64,000 nucleotides of DNA from Desulfatiglandales bacterium (GCA_963667015.2 CAXXJJ010000004.1:2368001-2432000); one strand, 5' to 3'; shown: positions 48,538 to 60,086, counted from the first letter of the stretch. The notes: generated by a model not told the origin, from the sequence alone. Made by a program: numbers and translations.

Positions 48538-50118
48538 ATGAAGGTTCTAGTCAGCGATACACTCTCAGAGGTTGGAGTAAAAATATTCGAAGAAACCGAA
48601 GGCATTGAAGTTGATGTTAAGACAGGCCTTACCCCTGAAGAATTAAAGGAAATTATAGGCCAGTATGACGGCCTCGCCATAAGGAGCGCTACAAAGGTTA
48701 CCGCGGAAATCATAGATGCGGCAGACAACCTCAAGGTTATCGGCCGTGCAGGAATTGGCCTCGACAATGTGGATATTCCTGCAGCAAGCCGCCGCGGCAT
48801 TGTAGTTATGAACACCCCAGAAGGAAACACCATCACCACCGCAGAACACACAATGTCAATGATCATGTCGCTTTCAAGAAATATCCCCCAGGCGACAGCA
48901 TCTTTAAAGGCCGGAAAGTGGGAGAAAAAGAAACTCCAGGGTAGAGAGCTGTTTAACAAGACTCTGGGACTGCTTGGCGCAGGACACATCGGCCAGATCG
49001 TGGCAAACAGGGCACTGGGGATGAAAATGAAGGTTATTGTGTATGATCCGTACCTTAAACCCGAAATGGTCGAAAAACTTTCTATTGAGCCGGTTTCCCT
49101 TGATGAGCTTTTTAAAAGGGCTGACTATATCACAATTCATACGCCTAAAACCGAGGAAACTACAAATCTTATTAATAAAGACACAATTGCCAGGATGAAA
49201 AAAGGCGCAATGATTATAAACTGCGCCAGGGGCGGAATTGTTAATGAAAATGATCTCTACGAAGCCCTTAAGTCAGGTTACCTGGCAGGAGCAGCCGTGG
49301 ACGTATTCGAGACCGAGCCTCCTGGAATGTGCCCTCTCATGGAACTCCCCAACTTCATCTGTACACCTCACCTGGGAGCCTCTACCCTTGAAGCACAGGT
49401 GAATGTAGCAAGAGATGTTGCAGAGCAGATCACCGATTTTCTGCTTCACGGGACAGTTAAAAATGCGGTTAACGTACCGAGCGTAAGCTCCGAGCTTATG
49501 TCAATACTAAAACCCTATGCAACACTTGTTGAAAAAATGGGAGAACTTCAGACACAACTTGCAAACAGCGGTATTGAGGAAGTGCATGTTAACTATTCAG
49601 GGAAAGTAACCGAATATGACCTTACACCACTTACATCCGCGGTATTAAAAGGGCTGCTTACACCGATCCTCAAAGATGATGTCAATTTCATAAATGCATC
49701 CTTTATCGCAGCAAACAGGGGAATCAAGGTTATTGAATCAAAAACAACTACCTCAGATGATTTCACAAGCCTGATATCTCTCAAGGTCAAGTATCCGGAA
49801 GGCGAAAGCATAGTATCCGGAACAATCTTCGGCAATACAATGCCGAGAATACTCAGGATTAACGACTTTTTCCTTGAGGCAATCCCGGAAGGCCATAACC
49901 TGCTTATCCACAATCTTGATGCCCCGGGCATGATAGGCAGAATTGCTACCCTGATGGGAGACAATGGCGTAAACATAGAGAGGATGGCAGTTGGACAGGA
50001 TAAAGGAAATAAGCGGAATGTTATTCTCCTGGCAACTGATGTCTCTATAGATGACAGCATTATGAAAAAACTGCAGGAACTGGATAACGTTTTCTCAGTA
50101 AGAAGGATCGAACTATAA
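48538..50118 (+). CDS. serA: D-3-phosphoglycerate dehydrogenase
   Basis: RAGIGLDNVD, NCARGG, TPHLGAST, ASB and ACT domains. Confidence 0.96.
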   Translation: MKVLVSDTLSEVGVKIFEETEGIEVDVKTGLTPEELKEIIGQYDGLAIRSATKVTAEIIDAADNLKVIGRAGIGLDNVDIPAASRRGIVVMNTPEGNTITTAEHTMSMIMSLSRNIPQATASLKAGKWEKKKLQGRELFNKTLGLLGAGHIGQIVANRALGMKMKVIVYDPYLKPEMVEKLSIEPVSLDELFKRADYITIHTPKTEETTNLINKDTIARMKKGAMIINCARGGIVNENDLYEALKSGYLAGAAVDVFETEPPGMCPLMELPNFICTPHLGASTLEAQVNVARDVAEQITDFLLHGTVKNAVNVPSVSSELMSILKPYATLVEKMGELQTQLANSGIEEVHVNYSGKVTEYDLTPLTSAVLKGLLTPILKDDVNFINASFIAANRGIKVIESKTTTSDDFTSLISLKVKYPEGESIVSGTIFGNTMPRILRINDFFLEAIPEGHNLLIHNLDAPGMIGRIATLMGDNGVNIERMAVGQDKGNKRNVILLATDVSIDDSIMKKLQELDNVFSVRRIEL

Positions 50119-50148
50119 ACAGAGGCAGTTTCAAAAGGGGGTAATCAT

Positions 50149-50556
50149 ATGGAAACAGAAGATAAGGGATTTACAGTAAAAGACAGGCGCTCCTTTGATG
50201 AAGAGGGAGGTATTAAAGAGGAAAAGGAATCGGCAGAAACCAAAGCACCTGAATCAGAGCCGGCGCAAGAAAAACAGAAAAAGGCAAATGAGCCGCCTCC
50301 TCTTCCGGAAGTGAATTTCAGTTCATTGATTTTCAGCCTGAGTTCATCTGCCCTTCTGCACATCGGAGAAATTGCCGATCCTCAGACAGGAGAAAAAAGA
50401 ATAGATCTCCCCATGGCAAAGCATTCGATCGATATAATCTCGATGCTTAAGGACAAGACAAAAGGAAACCTTGACAATGAGGAGCAGCAGTTCATCGATA
50501 GCATACTGACAGACCTGAGATTAAGATATGTAAAGGCGGTAAAAACCAAACAGTAA
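50149..50556 (+). CDS. DUF1844 family protein
   Basis: GFTVKDRR, PPLPEVNF, AKHSID, KTKGNL, LRLRYV. Confidence 0.85.
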   Translation: METEDKGFTVKDRRSFDEEGGIKEEKESAETKAPESEPAQEKQKKANEPPPLPEVNFSSLIFSLSSSALLHIGEIADPQTGEKRIDLPMAKHSIDIISMLKDKTKGNLDNEEQQFIDSILTDLRLRYVKAVKTKQ

Positions 50557-50683
50557 TTTTTAAACCAGTTTGGTACCGAAATAGTGAAATTCTGGCTAAA
50601 AATACCAGGCTCGTTTCCTCAAAAATTTAAAATGGTTTATTACACTCCCGGAGGAGACATAATTCATACCTGAAAAACAGCTT

Positions 50684-50723
50684 AAGCGGGGCAGAGCCGA
50701 TTATTTTATCTCTGCCCCGTTTT
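50684..50723 (+). terminator. Intrinsic terminator
   Basis: CGGGGCAGAG / CTCTGCCCCG stem followed by a T run. Confidence 0.7.
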
Positions 50724-50760
50724 AATTAAATCAATCCTGACAAAGTGGAGATTTTGTTAA

Positions 50761-51636
50761 TTGGCAAATTCAGTGATTAAGCTTAAAGCGCCTGCAAAGG
50801 TAAATGTACGCCTTGAGATTACAGGAAAAAGGCCCGATGGTTATCACGATATTTTTTCCATTTTCGTCCCTGTCGAACTTTATGATTACCTTGAGATCAG
50901 GACGAACAATACAGGCGGGATAAAATTCAGCACCGTGGGCATAAGCGTGCCTGAAGATCCGACAAACCTGGTTTACAGGGCTGCAGACTCTTTTTTCAAA
51001 AAAACCGGCCTCAGAAACAGGGGAATAGATATAAGGCTCGAAAAAAACATCCCTGTAGCAGCAGGTCTCGGCGGCGGAAGCAGTGACGCGGCATCAACCC
51101 TTCTGGCCCTTAATAAAATGAATGAATTTCCTTTAAAAAAAAATGAGTTACATGAAATTGCCCTAAAACTGGGGGCCGATGTTCCCTTTTTCCTTGATGC
51201 GGTTCCATCCATAGTAACAGGCATAGGAGAAATACTTGAACCTATCTCTAACTGGCCTGAATTATGGTATTTAATCATAACGCCGCAGATTGAAATATCA
51301 ACTGCGTGGGTCTACCGGAACTACAAAATGGAGTTGACATCAAATGAATATGACTATATAAGGAAAACCTTGAAAAATGATGATGTTATCATCTCAAGCA
51401 TACTGAAAAATGATCTTGAAAAGGTTACTTCTGCCAGCTTTCCGATTATCTCTGCGCTGAAAAGGAAAATAATGGGTGCGGGTGCTGAAGGGGCCATAAT
51501 GTCGGGCAGTGGGCCGAGTGTATTTGGTATATTTTTATCCCGTGAAAAGGCCGTTTCAGCCAGGGATTTGTTGATGTCCGATGATCTGAGACACATTAGC
51601 GTTGTGAAAGGAAAAGGAATAAAAAAAGCTGTTTAG
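50761..51636 (+). CDS. ispE: 4-diphosphocytidyl-2-C-methyl-D-erythritol kinase
   Basis: APAKVN, IPVAAGLGGGSSDAA, GADVPFF, MSGSGP. Confidence 0.96.
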   Translation: MANSVIKLKAPAKVNVRLEITGKRPDGYHDIFSIFVPVELYDYLEIRTNNTGGIKFSTVGISVPEDPTNLVYRAADSFFKKTGLRNRGIDIRLEKNIPVAAGLGGGSSDAASTLLALNKMNEFPLKKNELHEIALKLGADVPFFLDAVPSIVTGIGEILEPISNWPELWYLIITPQIEISTAWVYRNYKMELTSNEYDYIRKTLKNDDVIISSILKNDLEKVTSASFPIISALKRKIMGAGAEGAIMSGSGPSVFGIFLSREKAVSARDLLMSDDLRHISVVKGKGIKKAV

Positions 51637-51659
51637 TGTTTAGTCGAACAGATCACTAT

Positions 51660-51734
51660 TGGGGCGTCGTCAAGCGGTAAGACACGGGTTTTTGGAGCCC
51701 GCATTCGAAGGTTCGAATCCTTCCGCCCCAGCCA
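51660..51734 (+). tRNA. tRNA-Gln (anticodon TTG)
   Basis: Cloverleaf: acceptor TGGGGCG/CGCCCCA, anticodon loop TT-TTG-GA, GGTTCGAATCC, 3' CCA. Conserved ispE-tRNA-Gln-prs synteny. Confidence 0.96.
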
Positions 51735-51791
51735 GACTGTAAGCAGGATCATTTTTTTATTTTTAAAATAAAGGGAGTTTTTTAGATTATC

Positions 51792-52730
51792 ATGAAATTA
51801 TTCGGTGGAACATCAAACCCGGTTTTGACTCAGCAGGTATGTGATTATCTCGGCGTTGAGCCTGGAAAAATAACAGCCAAGACATTCAGTGATGGAGAAA
51901 CACAGATTGAAATCCATGAAAACATCAGAAACAGGGATGTATTTATACTTCAATCAACCTGTACCCCGGTTAATGATAATCTTATGCAGCTCCTTATTAT
52001 CACAGATGCCCTGAAACGGGCTTCTGCAAAGCGAATTACTGCTATAATCCCCTATTACGGTTATGGTCGTCAGGACCGAAAGGTAAAGCCCAGGGTACCG
52101 ATCTCTGCAAAACTGGTAGCTGACCTTATCACAACAGCAGGAGCTGACCGCGTAGTATCACTGGATCTGCATGCTGGTCAGATACAGGGCTATTTCAATA
52201 TACCCGTTGACAACCTGTTTGCAGCGCCATTGCTGTTAAAATATATGAAAAAGCTGAAGAATCAGTATAATGACAACCTTGTTATTGTTTCACCGGATGC
52301 AGGCGGGGTCGAAAGAGCCAGGGCCTTTGCCAAAAGATTATCTGCCACACTGGCAATTATAGATAAAAGAAGAGATGCGCCAAATGTTTCCGAGGCCATG
52401 AATATCATTGGAGAGGTTGACGGCAAAACAGCAATAATCCTGGATGATATGGTTGATACAGCCGGGACACTTACACAGGGTGCCGCTGCTCTTAAAAAAA
52501 GAGGCACTAAAAAGATCTTTGCATGCGCTACCCATCCCGTTTTATCAGGCCCGGCAATAGATAGACTCAATGAATCAGCAATAGATCAGCTTGTTGTTAC
52601 AAATACAATTCCTCTTAATGGAGCATCTGAAAAATGCTCAAAAATTGTCACATTATCAGTAGCTGAGCTGATTGGAGAAGCCGTTAGAAGAATTTATTAT
52701 TCACATTCGGTAAGTACTTTATTTGTTTAA
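51792..52730 (+). CDS. prs: Ribose-phosphate pyrophosphokinase
   Basis: FSDGE, PYYGYGRQDR, DLHAGQIQG, DDMVDTAGT. Confidence 0.97.
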   Translation: MKLFGGTSNPVLTQQVCDYLGVEPGKITAKTFSDGETQIEIHENIRNRDVFILQSTCTPVNDNLMQLLIITDALKRASAKRITAIIPYYGYGRQDRKVKPRVPISAKLVADLITTAGADRVVSLDLHAGQIQGYFNIPVDNLFAAPLLLKYMKKLKNQYNDNLVIVSPDAGGVERARAFAKRLSATLAIIDKRRDAPNVSEAMNIIGEVDGKTAIILDDMVDTAGTLTQGAAALKKRGTKKIFACATHPVLSGPAIDRLNESAIDQLVVTNTIPLNGASEKCSKIVTLSVAELIGEAVRRIYYSHSVSTLFV

Positions 52731-52736
52731 TTTAAT

Positions 52737-52765
52737 ATGCCCCTTATTAAAAAGGGCGTTTTTTT
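52737..52765 (+). terminator. Intrinsic terminator after prs
   Basis: GCCCCTT / AAAGGGC stem plus T7. Confidence 0.65.
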
Positions 52766-52880
52766 ATATTTGTGAAATTTTTCGTTAATTAATTAAGATT
52801 TTGTTAATAAACCCGATTATTATCGGGAAGTAAATATTTGCAGGGCTCTATTAAAAACTGCCCTACTTTAGGAGGATAAA

Positions 52881-53516
52881 ATGGCACAATATCAACTGGC
52901 TGCAACAGTAAGAGAAACAACAGGAAAAGAGGCAGCTAAAAAGATGAGAAAAGAAAAGAATATTCCAGGCATTTTTTATGGACCGGATAGCAAACCGGTC
53001 ATGTTGAGCTTCAAGGACGGGGACCTGAGAAAAATATTAAAAAGTGCTGCCAGTGAAAACATTATTATGGGGCTTGAGTTAAAATCTGATAAGGGCACCG
53101 AAACAAAAGTGGTCATGCTTAAGGAACTTCAGGCAGATCCGTTAAAAGACTCCTATATACATGCTGACTTTTACGAGATCTCAATGGATAAGGAGCTGAC
53201 CCTTAATGTTCCTGTAATACTGGTAAATACTCCGGTTGGTGTTACAAATGGCGGAATCCTCCAGCATGTTAGACGTGAGTTGACTATCTCCTGTCTGCCC
53301 GACAAGGTAATTGAATCCATAGAAGTCGATGTATCAGGACTTGACATAGGTGAATCAATCCACATTGAGAATATAATCTTCCCTGAAGGAATCACCTCAT
53401 CTCAGGAAGGTCGCCTTACAGTAGCAGTTGTCAATGCACCAACTGTATCAGAGGCAGGAGAAGGTGAAGACGAAGAAGCTGAAGAAGAAGCTGCAGAAGA
53501 AGCTGCAGAGGAATAA
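52881..53516 (+). CDS. rplY: 50S ribosomal protein L25/Ctc
   Basis: IPGIFYG, HADFY, GVTNGG, acidic tail. Confidence 0.95.
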   Translation: MAQYQLAATVRETTGKEAAKKMRKEKNIPGIFYGPDSKPVMLSFKDGDLRKILKSAASENIIMGLELKSDKGTETKVVMLKELQADPLKDSYIHADFYEISMDKELTLNVPVILVNTPVGVTNGGILQHVRRELTISCLPDKVIESIEVDVSGLDIGESIHIENIIFPEGITSSQEGRLTVAVVNAPTVSEAGEGEDEEAEEEAAEEAAEE

Positions 53517-53528
53517 AATTACTGAAAA

Positions 53529-54116
53529 GTGTACTTGATTGCAGGTTTAGGTAATCCCGGCAGAAGTTATGCCGGTACAAGGCATAACATAGGTTTTATG
53601 GTTATTGATTCCCTGAGCCGGGAATTGGGAGTCAGCCTGACCGGTCGCCGCTTCCATTCAAGGAATGCACTGACGGAAAAAGACGGGGGGCAGCTGATAC
53701 TGTTGCGTCCCACAACATACATGAATTTAAGCGGTATGTCAGTAAAAGCATGCGCAGATTATTATCAGATCGATAACGATCATATTTTGATAATCCACGA
53801 TGACCTTGATTTACCATTCGGGAAAATAAAGATGGTATCTCATGGCGGAGCAGGTGGTCACAGGGGAATTCAATCAATATTTGATCATTTTGAAAGCAAG
53901 GCCTTTTCAAGAATTAAAATAGGGATAGGGAGGCCCGAAAACGGTGAGAAAATAGAAGATTTTGTACTCTCACCATTTTACTCTTCTCAAAAGGAAACAC
54001 TTAAAGAAGTTATTGGTTTTTCGGTCCATGCGTGCAGTCTCTATTTATCAGAGGGAATTGAGATTGCAATGAATCGAATTAATAGTAAAAACTTGAAAAA
54101 ACAAGGAGGGAATTAA
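53529..54116 (+). CDS. pth: Peptidyl-tRNA hydrolase
   Basis: GLGNPG, TRHNIGF, TYMNLSG, HDDLD. Confidence 0.96.
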   Translation: MYLIAGLGNPGRSYAGTRHNIGFMVIDSLSRELGVSLTGRRFHSRNALTEKDGGQLILLRPTTYMNLSGMSVKACADYYQIDNDHILIIHDDLDLPFGKIKMVSHGGAGGHRGIQSIFDHFESKAFSRIKIGIGRPENGEKIEDFVLSPFYSSQKETLKEVIGFSVHACSLYLSEGIEIAMNRINSKNLKKQGGN

Positions 54117-54119
54117 CGA

Positions 54120-56219
54120 ATGCAGGAATTAACTAATTATGGTTACCTTGTGGGCATTGCGAGTCTTGTTATCGCATTTTTGATTTTTTTGTATGTCAAA
54201 AAACAGCCTAATGGTAACAAGGTAATGCAGGAACTCGAAGAAGCTATCCATGACGGGGCAATGGCATTTCTTAAAAGAGAATATTCTATTTTAATTATTT
54301 TTATTATAGTGGTATTTTTTCTTCTTGGATGGCTCCTCAATGAATGGAAAACTCCCGTAGCATTTTTATCGGGTGCAATATGCTCGATGATTGCTGGTTT
54401 TTGCGGAATGACCGCAGCAACAAGGGGCAACGCGCGTACAGCTGAAGCAGCTAATAAATCAGGTCAAGCCAAGGCTTTGAATGTATCTTACTTTTCAGGA
54501 TCCGTAATGGGTCTTGCGGTTGCTGGTCTTGGCATGCTGGGTATTGGTATCTTTTTCAATATTTATGGTGGCAGCCCGGATAGCGCACAGTACATTTTCG
54601 GTTTTGGTATGGGTGCAAGCTCAATAGCCCTTTTTGCCCGTGTGGGCGGTGGTGTTTACACCAAGGCTGCTGATGTTGGAGCTGACCTTGTGGGTAAGGT
54701 TGAAGCAGGCATCCCGGAAGATGATCCTAGAAATCCCGGAGTTATTGCTGACAACGTAGGTGATAATGTTGGTGATATCGCAGGAATGGGTGCTGATATA
54801 TTTGAGTCCTTTGTAGGATCAGTAATTGCTACAATTGCTATTGGCGCGACACTGAAAGTTTCTGGTTATTTTGTGGACTACCCCGCATTTAGTATGATGG
54901 CCAGTGGTGAAATCACAGGTGCTATAGAGGAGACTATCAGACTGAAATTCATGGCACTGCCTGTTCTGGTTGTTATGGCAGGTCTTTTAAGCTCGTTTTT
55001 TGGTGTTTTCTCAATAAAATTATTCCAGAAGGGTGACCCTGCCGGTGCCTTACGGTACACAACATTTATAGCTGCTGCTATTTTCATTGCGCTTACATGG
55101 GTCATCATAAACCAACTTGGTATGCCAATGGGACCATTCTGGGCAATATTTTCAGGCCTTGTAGTTGGAATTATTATTGGTCTTTTAGCTGAGTATTATA
55201 CTTCAGGACCCCCTGTTAAATATATTGCTGATCAGACGAAAACAGGATCTGCAACTGTTATTATCTCAGGTCTTGCTGTTGGAATGCAGTCCACTTATCT
55301 GCCTATCCTTGGTATCTGCACAGCTACCTTCATCGCCTACCAGACAGCAGGCGTTTATGGTATCGGCCTTTCAGCAGTTGGTATGCTGGCAACAGTTGGC
55401 GCTACCATGACAGTTGATGCATATGGTCCAATTGCAGATAATGCAGGTGGTATCTCAGAAATGGCAGGTCTTGGACCTGAAACCAGGAAGATTACTGACA
55501 GCCTGGATTCAATTGGCAACACAACAGCTGCCGTTGGAAAAGGTTTTGCCATTGGTTCTGCAGCTTTGACCGGTCTGGCGCTATTTGTAGCCTTTACACA
55601 GGCAATAGAACTGACCTTCGAAGACGCGAAGGAAATCCTTGCAATAGACATCAGAAACCCTCTCGTAGTTATCGGAGCCTTTATAGGCGCAATGGTACCA
55701 ATGGTTTGTGCCGCTCTTACAATGACATCTGTCGGAAAAGCTGCATTTGCTATTGTTGAAGAAATCAGGCGGCAGTTTAGGGAAATCCCCGGACTTCTTG
55801 AAGGCAAAGAAGGTGTAAAACCTGATTCAAAAACCTGTGTATCCATTGCTACAACTTCTGCTCTTAAAGAGATGGTTATCCCGGGCCTTATTGCCATTAT
55901 TACGCCGATCGCAGTAGGATTCCTTCTTGGACCAATTGCTCTTGGTGGCCTGCTTCTTGGTTCATTAGTGATGGGCGCCTTTATGGCTCTTTTCATGTCA
56001 AACGCCGGTGGAGCATGGGATAATGCAAAGAAATACATAGAAGAAGGAAATGTTGGCGGAAAAGGTTCAGATAACCACAAAGCGGCAGTAGTTGGCGATA
56101 CAGTAGGTGATCCCTTCAAGGATACCTCAGGCCCAGCCATGAATATTCTAATAAAACTTATGGCTATTGTTTCGCTTGTTATCGCTCCGACACTTCCAGC
56201 TGTAGGCTATTTCTTATAA
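54120..56219 (+). CDS. hppA: Membrane ion-pumping pyrophosphatase, probably K+-dependent and Na+-translocating
   Basis: [41 protein letters not shown]. Confidence 0.93.
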   Translation: MQELTNYGYLVGIASLVIAFLIFLYVKKQPNGNKVMQELEEAIHDGAMAFLKREYSILIIFIIVVFFLLGWLLNEWKTPVAFLSGAICSMIAGFCGMTAATRGNARTAEAANKSGQAKALNVSYFSGSVMGLAVAGLGMLGIGIFFNIYGGSPDSAQYIFGFGMGASSIALFARVGGGVYTKAADVGADLVGKVEAGIPEDDPRNPGVIADNVGDNVGDIAGMGADIFESFVGSVIATIAIGATLKVSGYFVDYPAFSMMASGEITGAIEETIRLKFMALPVLVVMAGLLSSFFGVFSIKLFQKGDPAGALRYTTFIAAAIFIALTWVIINQLGMPMGPFWAIFSGLVVGIIIGLLAEYYTSGPPVKYIADQTKTGSATVIISGLAVGMQSTYLPILGICTATFIAYQTAGVYGIGLSAVGMLATVGATMTVDAYGPIADNAGGISEMAGLGPETRKITDSLDSIGNTTAAVGKGFAIGSAALTGLALFVAFTQAIELTFEDAKEILAIDIRNPLVVIGAFIGAMVPMVCAALTMTSVGKAAFAIVEEIRRQFREIPGLLEGKEGVKPDSKTCVSIATTSALKEMVIPGLIAIITPIAVGFLLGPIALGGLLLGSLVMGAFMALFMSNAGGAWDNAKKYIEEGNVGGKGSDNHKAAVVGDTVGDPFKDTSGPAMNILIKLMAIVSLVIAPTLPAVGYFL

Positions 56220-56241
56220 TATTAGATAACAATTAAACTTT

Positions 56242-56285
56242 AATATTCCCCATTACCCTTCCGGGTAATGGGGAATATTTATTTT
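56242..56285 (+). terminator. Intrinsic terminator, perfect 17-bp stem
   Basis: AATATTCCCCATTACCC-TTCC-GGGTAATGGGGAATATT followed by a T-rich tail. Confidence 0.8.
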
Positions 56286-56436
56286 ACCATCATGCCAGTG
56301 TAATGCAGTGAAGTATGATAATAAATCTACTTTTCTGATTTCTGACCTCGACAACTTGCTAAATATATGATATACATATGAAGTTTGTGATAATTGTGCC
56401 CTAAAAGGGCATTCTAATTAAAATATTTAGCGTAAC

Positions 56437-56937
56437 ATGGAGCAATTGATGTTTAAAGAAGGTGATTTGGCAGTTTACCCTGCACATGGTGTTGGCATAA
56501 TTGAGACAATTGAATCCAAAGAAATATCAGGATGCAAGCAAGATTTTTATACAATCAGAATTCTTGATAACAATATGAAAATCATGGTCCCTACACAAAA
56601 CGTAGACAATGTCGGCTTAAGAGAAATTATAGGCCAGAAGGAAATCCCAAAACTCTATTCTATATTGAAAAAACGTGATGTCGTTATAGATAATCAGACA
56701 TGGAACCGAAGATATCGCGAATATATGGATAAAATAAAGACCGGGTCTGTCTTTGAAGTAGCAGAAGTATATCGTGACCTGCTAATGCTTAAAGAGGAAA
56801 AGGACCTGTCGTTCGGCGAAAGAAAAATGCTTGATACAGCCAGGACTCTTCTGGTGAAGGAGATATCACTGGCGAAAAATGTGGCTGAAACACAAATTGA
56901 AAAGGATCTGGACAAGATGTTTCCTGCAACAGTTTAA
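56437..56937 (+). CDS. carD: CarD/CdnL family transcription regulator
   Basis: VYPAHGVG, TWNRRYRE, LSFGERKML. Confidence 0.92.
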   Translation: MEQLMFKEGDLAVYPAHGVGIIETIESKEISGCKQDFYTIRILDNNMKIMVPTQNVDNVGLREIIGQKEIPKLYSILKKRDVVIDNQTWNRRYREYMDKIKTGSVFEVAEVYRDLLMLKEEKDLSFGERKMLDTARTLLVKEISLAKNVAETQIEKDLDKMFPATV

Positions 56938-57045
56938 ATACACGACTGTATGGAAACCGCTGCATATATTAATCGGTGATGCTAACCCCAGTTGTTTTCC
57001 TTATAAGTAAATCCGTCATATCTATTTATTACCCAGAAGAATATC

Positions 57046-58017
57046 GTGGAAAATGAACCAGGAAGACAAGTATCTCTCTCAGCCGAAATAACAGACACTG
57101 ATACACGCATTGACCAGTATCTCGCATCAAAATTAACTGATTTTACCAGGTCAAGGATTCAGTCATTAATAAAGGAAGGAAACGTAAAGGTAAATAATAC
57201 CCCTGTAAAGACCAGTTATCGTTTGAAAGCAGGTGATATAATCGCGATATCAATTCCGCCATCTTCGCCCTACCTGCTTAATCCTGAGCCTCTGGATCTA
57301 TCAATTATTTATGAAGACACCTCCATTATAGTACTGGATAAACCTCCCGGACTGGTGATCCATCCGGCACCTGGCCATAACAGCGGAACACTCGTACACG
57401 GGCTTCTTCATCACTGTGATGATCTTTCCGGAATCGGGGGAGTATTAAGACCCGGAATCGTACACAGGCTTGACAAAGACACCTCCGGGTTACTGGTTGT
57501 AGCAAAAAATGATAATGCACACAATTTTCTGAGCAGCCTGTTTAAAAGCAGCAGGATCAATAAAAGATATATAGCCCTTGTGCATGGCATACCTGAAAAC
57601 AATAAGGGAACAATCGATCTCCCTATTTCCCGCCATCCTGTAAAAAGAAAAGAGATGGCAGTATCATCATCGTCAAAGGGGAAAAATGCACTCACTATAT
57701 GGAAAATTCAGGAAATCCTGAGTGATAAATTTGCATTATTATCCGTAACAATAAAGACCGGCAGGACTCATCAGATAAGAGTTCATATGTCACACATGGG
57801 GCACCCGGTCGTTGGTGACCCGGTGTATGGATTTAAAAGCACATGGTGGGAAAAAAATACACATTATTCAAAGGAAATAGTGGACAGCATAAAAAGGCAG
57901 ATGCTCCACTCGGAATATCTTGGCTTTTTACATCCGGACACAGAGGAATACATGGAATTTAACTCACCGATTCCGCCTGATATGCGCCTGGTGATTAAAA
58001 ATTTGAAAACTATTTAA
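57046..58017 (+). CDS. rluD: RluA-family pseudouridine synthase with S4 domain (RluD-like)
   Basis: S4 RIDQYL..TRSRIQ, HRLDKDTSG, TGRTHQIRVH, GDPVYG. Confidence 0.85.
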   Translation: MENEPGRQVSLSAEITDTDTRIDQYLASKLTDFTRSRIQSLIKEGNVKVNNTPVKTSYRLKAGDIIAISIPPSSPYLLNPEPLDLSIIYEDTSIIVLDKPPGLVIHPAPGHNSGTLVHGLLHHCDDLSGIGGVLRPGIVHRLDKDTSGLLVVAKNDNAHNFLSSLFKSSRINKRYIALVHGIPENNKGTIDLPISRHPVKRKEMAVSSSSKGKNALTIWKIQEILSDKFALLSVTIKTGRTHQIRVHMSHMGHPVVGDPVYGFKSTWWEKNTHYSKEIVDSIKRQMLHSEYLGFLHPDTEEYMEFNSPIPPDMRLVIKNLKTI

Positions 58018-58034
58018 AAAAAAGAGAAATAGTC

Positions 58035-58071
58035 TTGACATGATTGGCATTTATGCTTATAGGTTTATAAT
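58035..58071 (+). promoter_or_regulatory. Overlapping sigma70 promoter candidates upstream of rho
   Basis: TTGACA-17-TATAGG and TTGGCA-16-TATAAT. Confidence 0.55.
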
Positions 58072-58546
58072 ATCTTACCTTTTGGAGGATTCGGTAAAGT
58101 CCGGACATCAGATTTAGCTACACGGGAAGTTTTTTAGCTCTTTCATCATAATTAACTCACAAAAAGGTGCCTTTTGATTTCAGATAAGTAGTTCATGTGA
58201 GTTTTCTGAGACCTGTAAATCCCAAGCATCCCGAAAAAATGATTCCGGTTATAAAATTATAATATTAAAAATAATAACAATGGTATTAACTTCCATCTGG
58301 CAGGTCTTTGCATTTTTTACTAATGGTTAGATTCAAATCTGTAGCCTGAAACAGCAGCAAATTTTATAACCACACCGGCGAGACCAATTTCTCAAAAAAT
58401 ACCCAGAAAGGTATAGCTGGATTCAATTGATTGACCGGCAATAATTAGAGGGATTTTCCCTTTTTAAATATAAAAAATAAATATGAATTAATTAGCACAT
58501 TTTAATTTTATTAAAACAGAAAGAAAGCGTATATGGAGATCTAATT

Positions 58547-59794
58547 ATGAATCTTGTTGAATTAAAACAGATGAAAATCAGCGAATTAACAACTATGGCA
58601 AAGGATTTTGATATTGAGGGCGCCTCAGGAATGCCAAAACAGGAGTTGATATTTTCTCTTCTCCAGGCACATTCAGAACAAAATGGCATGATCTATGGAG
58701 AAGGAGTGCTTGAAACCCTGCCTGACGGTTTTGGATTTTTAAGGGCACCTGACGCCAATTATTTGCCGGGACCTGATGATATTTATATTTCACCTTCCCA
58801 GATTCGCCGCTTCAATCTCAGAACCGGTGATACGGTAACCGGTCAGATTCGCCCCCCAAAGGACACGGAAAGATATTTTGCCCTCCTGAAGGTTGAACAG
58901 GTTAACCATGAAGATCCCGAAATTTCACGTGAGAAAATTCTTTTTGACAACCTCACCCCGCTCTATCCGGACGAACGCATCAACCTCGAAACCACCGCTG
59001 ATAATTATTCATCACGAATCATGGATCTGCTTACACCAATTGGAAAGGGCCAGCGCGGACTTATAGTCGCTCCTCCAAGGACAGGTAAGACAATGCTCCT
59101 TCAGAATATTGCCAACAGCGTAACGGCAAATGATAAAAACATCCATAAGATAGTACTTCTGATAGATGAAAGGCCTGAAGAAGTTACCGACATGCAGAGG
59201 TCCGTCGATGCAGAGGTAATAAGCTCGACATTTGATGAGCCTCAGCAAAGGCATGTCCAGGTTGCCGAAATGGTTATTGAAAAGGCGAAAAGGCTTGTCG
59301 AGCATAAACGTGATGTGCTCATACTTCTGGACAGCATAACAAGGCTTGCAAGGGCATATAATGCAACTGTACCGCCGAGCGGAAAGATACTTTCGGGCGG
59401 TCTTGACTCAAATGCGCTCCATAAACCGAAAAGATTTTTTGGCGCGGCCAGAAATATCGAAGAGGGCGGAAGCCTGACCATTATAGCAACAGCCCTTATA
59501 GACACCGGAAGCCGAATGGACGAGGTAATTTTTGAGGAATTCAAGGGCACTGGTAACATGGAGATTATCCTTGACCGCAAACTCACAGATCGAAGGATCT
59601 TCCCGTCAATTGATATCAACAGGTCAGGAACCAGAAAGGAAGAGCTCCTGCTCAAGCAGGCAGATCTCAACAGGATCTGGATACTCAGGAAACTCCTTGC
59701 TCCCCTTACCCAGGTTGACAGCATGGATTTTTTACTGGACAAAATTAAAGGAACAAAGAATAATATAGCGTTTTTAAAATCAATGAGTCAATAG
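58547..59794 (+). CDS. rho: Transcription termination factor Rho
   Basis: [37 protein letters not shown]. Confidence 0.98.
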   Translation: MNLVELKQMKISELTTMAKDFDIEGASGMPKQELIFSLLQAHSEQNGMIYGEGVLETLPDGFGFLRAPDANYLPGPDDIYISPSQIRRFNLRTGDTVTGQIRPPKDTERYFALLKVEQVNHEDPEISREKILFDNLTPLYPDERINLETTADNYSSRIMDLLTPIGKGQRGLIVAPPRTGKTMLLQNIANSVTANDKNIHKIVLLIDERPEEVTDMQRSVDAEVISSTFDEPQQRHVQVAEMVIEKAKRLVEHKRDVLILLDSITRLARAYNATVPPSGKILSGGLDSNALHKPKRFFGAARNIEEGGSLTIIATALIDTGSRMDEVIFEEFKGTGNMEIILDRKLTDRRIFPSIDINRSGTRKEELLLKQADLNRIWILRKLLAPLTQVDSMDFLLDKIKGTKNNIAFLKSMSQ

Positions 59795-59807
59795 AGAGAG
59801 GATTAAA

Positions 59808-60041
59808 ATGAAAAAAGATATACACCCTGAATACCATAAGGCCCTTGTTCACTGCGCTTGCGGTCACGAATTTGAGACAGGTTCCACACTTAAAACAATA
59901 AACGTGGAAATTTGCTCACAGTGCCATCCCTTTTTTACAGGAAAGCAGAAGCTGGTAGACACTGCCGGTAGAGTAGAAAGATTTAAAAACAAATATGCAA
60001 AGTTTGAAAAGGGAAAAAAGGCCCCTGCATCAAAAAATTAG
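59808..60041 (+). CDS. rpmE: 50S ribosomal protein L31 (zinc-binding type)
   Basis: [21 protein letters not shown]. Confidence 0.96.
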   Translation: MKKDIHPEYHKALVHCACGHEFETGSTLKTINVEICSQCHPFFTGKQKLVDTAGRVERFKNKYAKFEKGKKAPASKN

Positions 60042-60086
60042 TTTTAAACTTTACAGTAATTTCAGCTTTAAGGAATGCCTATTAAT

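Noticed and set aside
51660..51734. tRNA as an integration site
   Set aside because: Flanked by conserved ispE and prs, with no integrase or duplicated 3' end seen.
53460..53513. GAAGAAGCT tandem repeats
   Set aside because: Ordinary acidic tail of L25/Ctc.
56970..57030. GGTGATG as a fluoride riboswitch start
   Set aside because: No matching P1 or pseudoknot partner, and the downstream gene is not typical.
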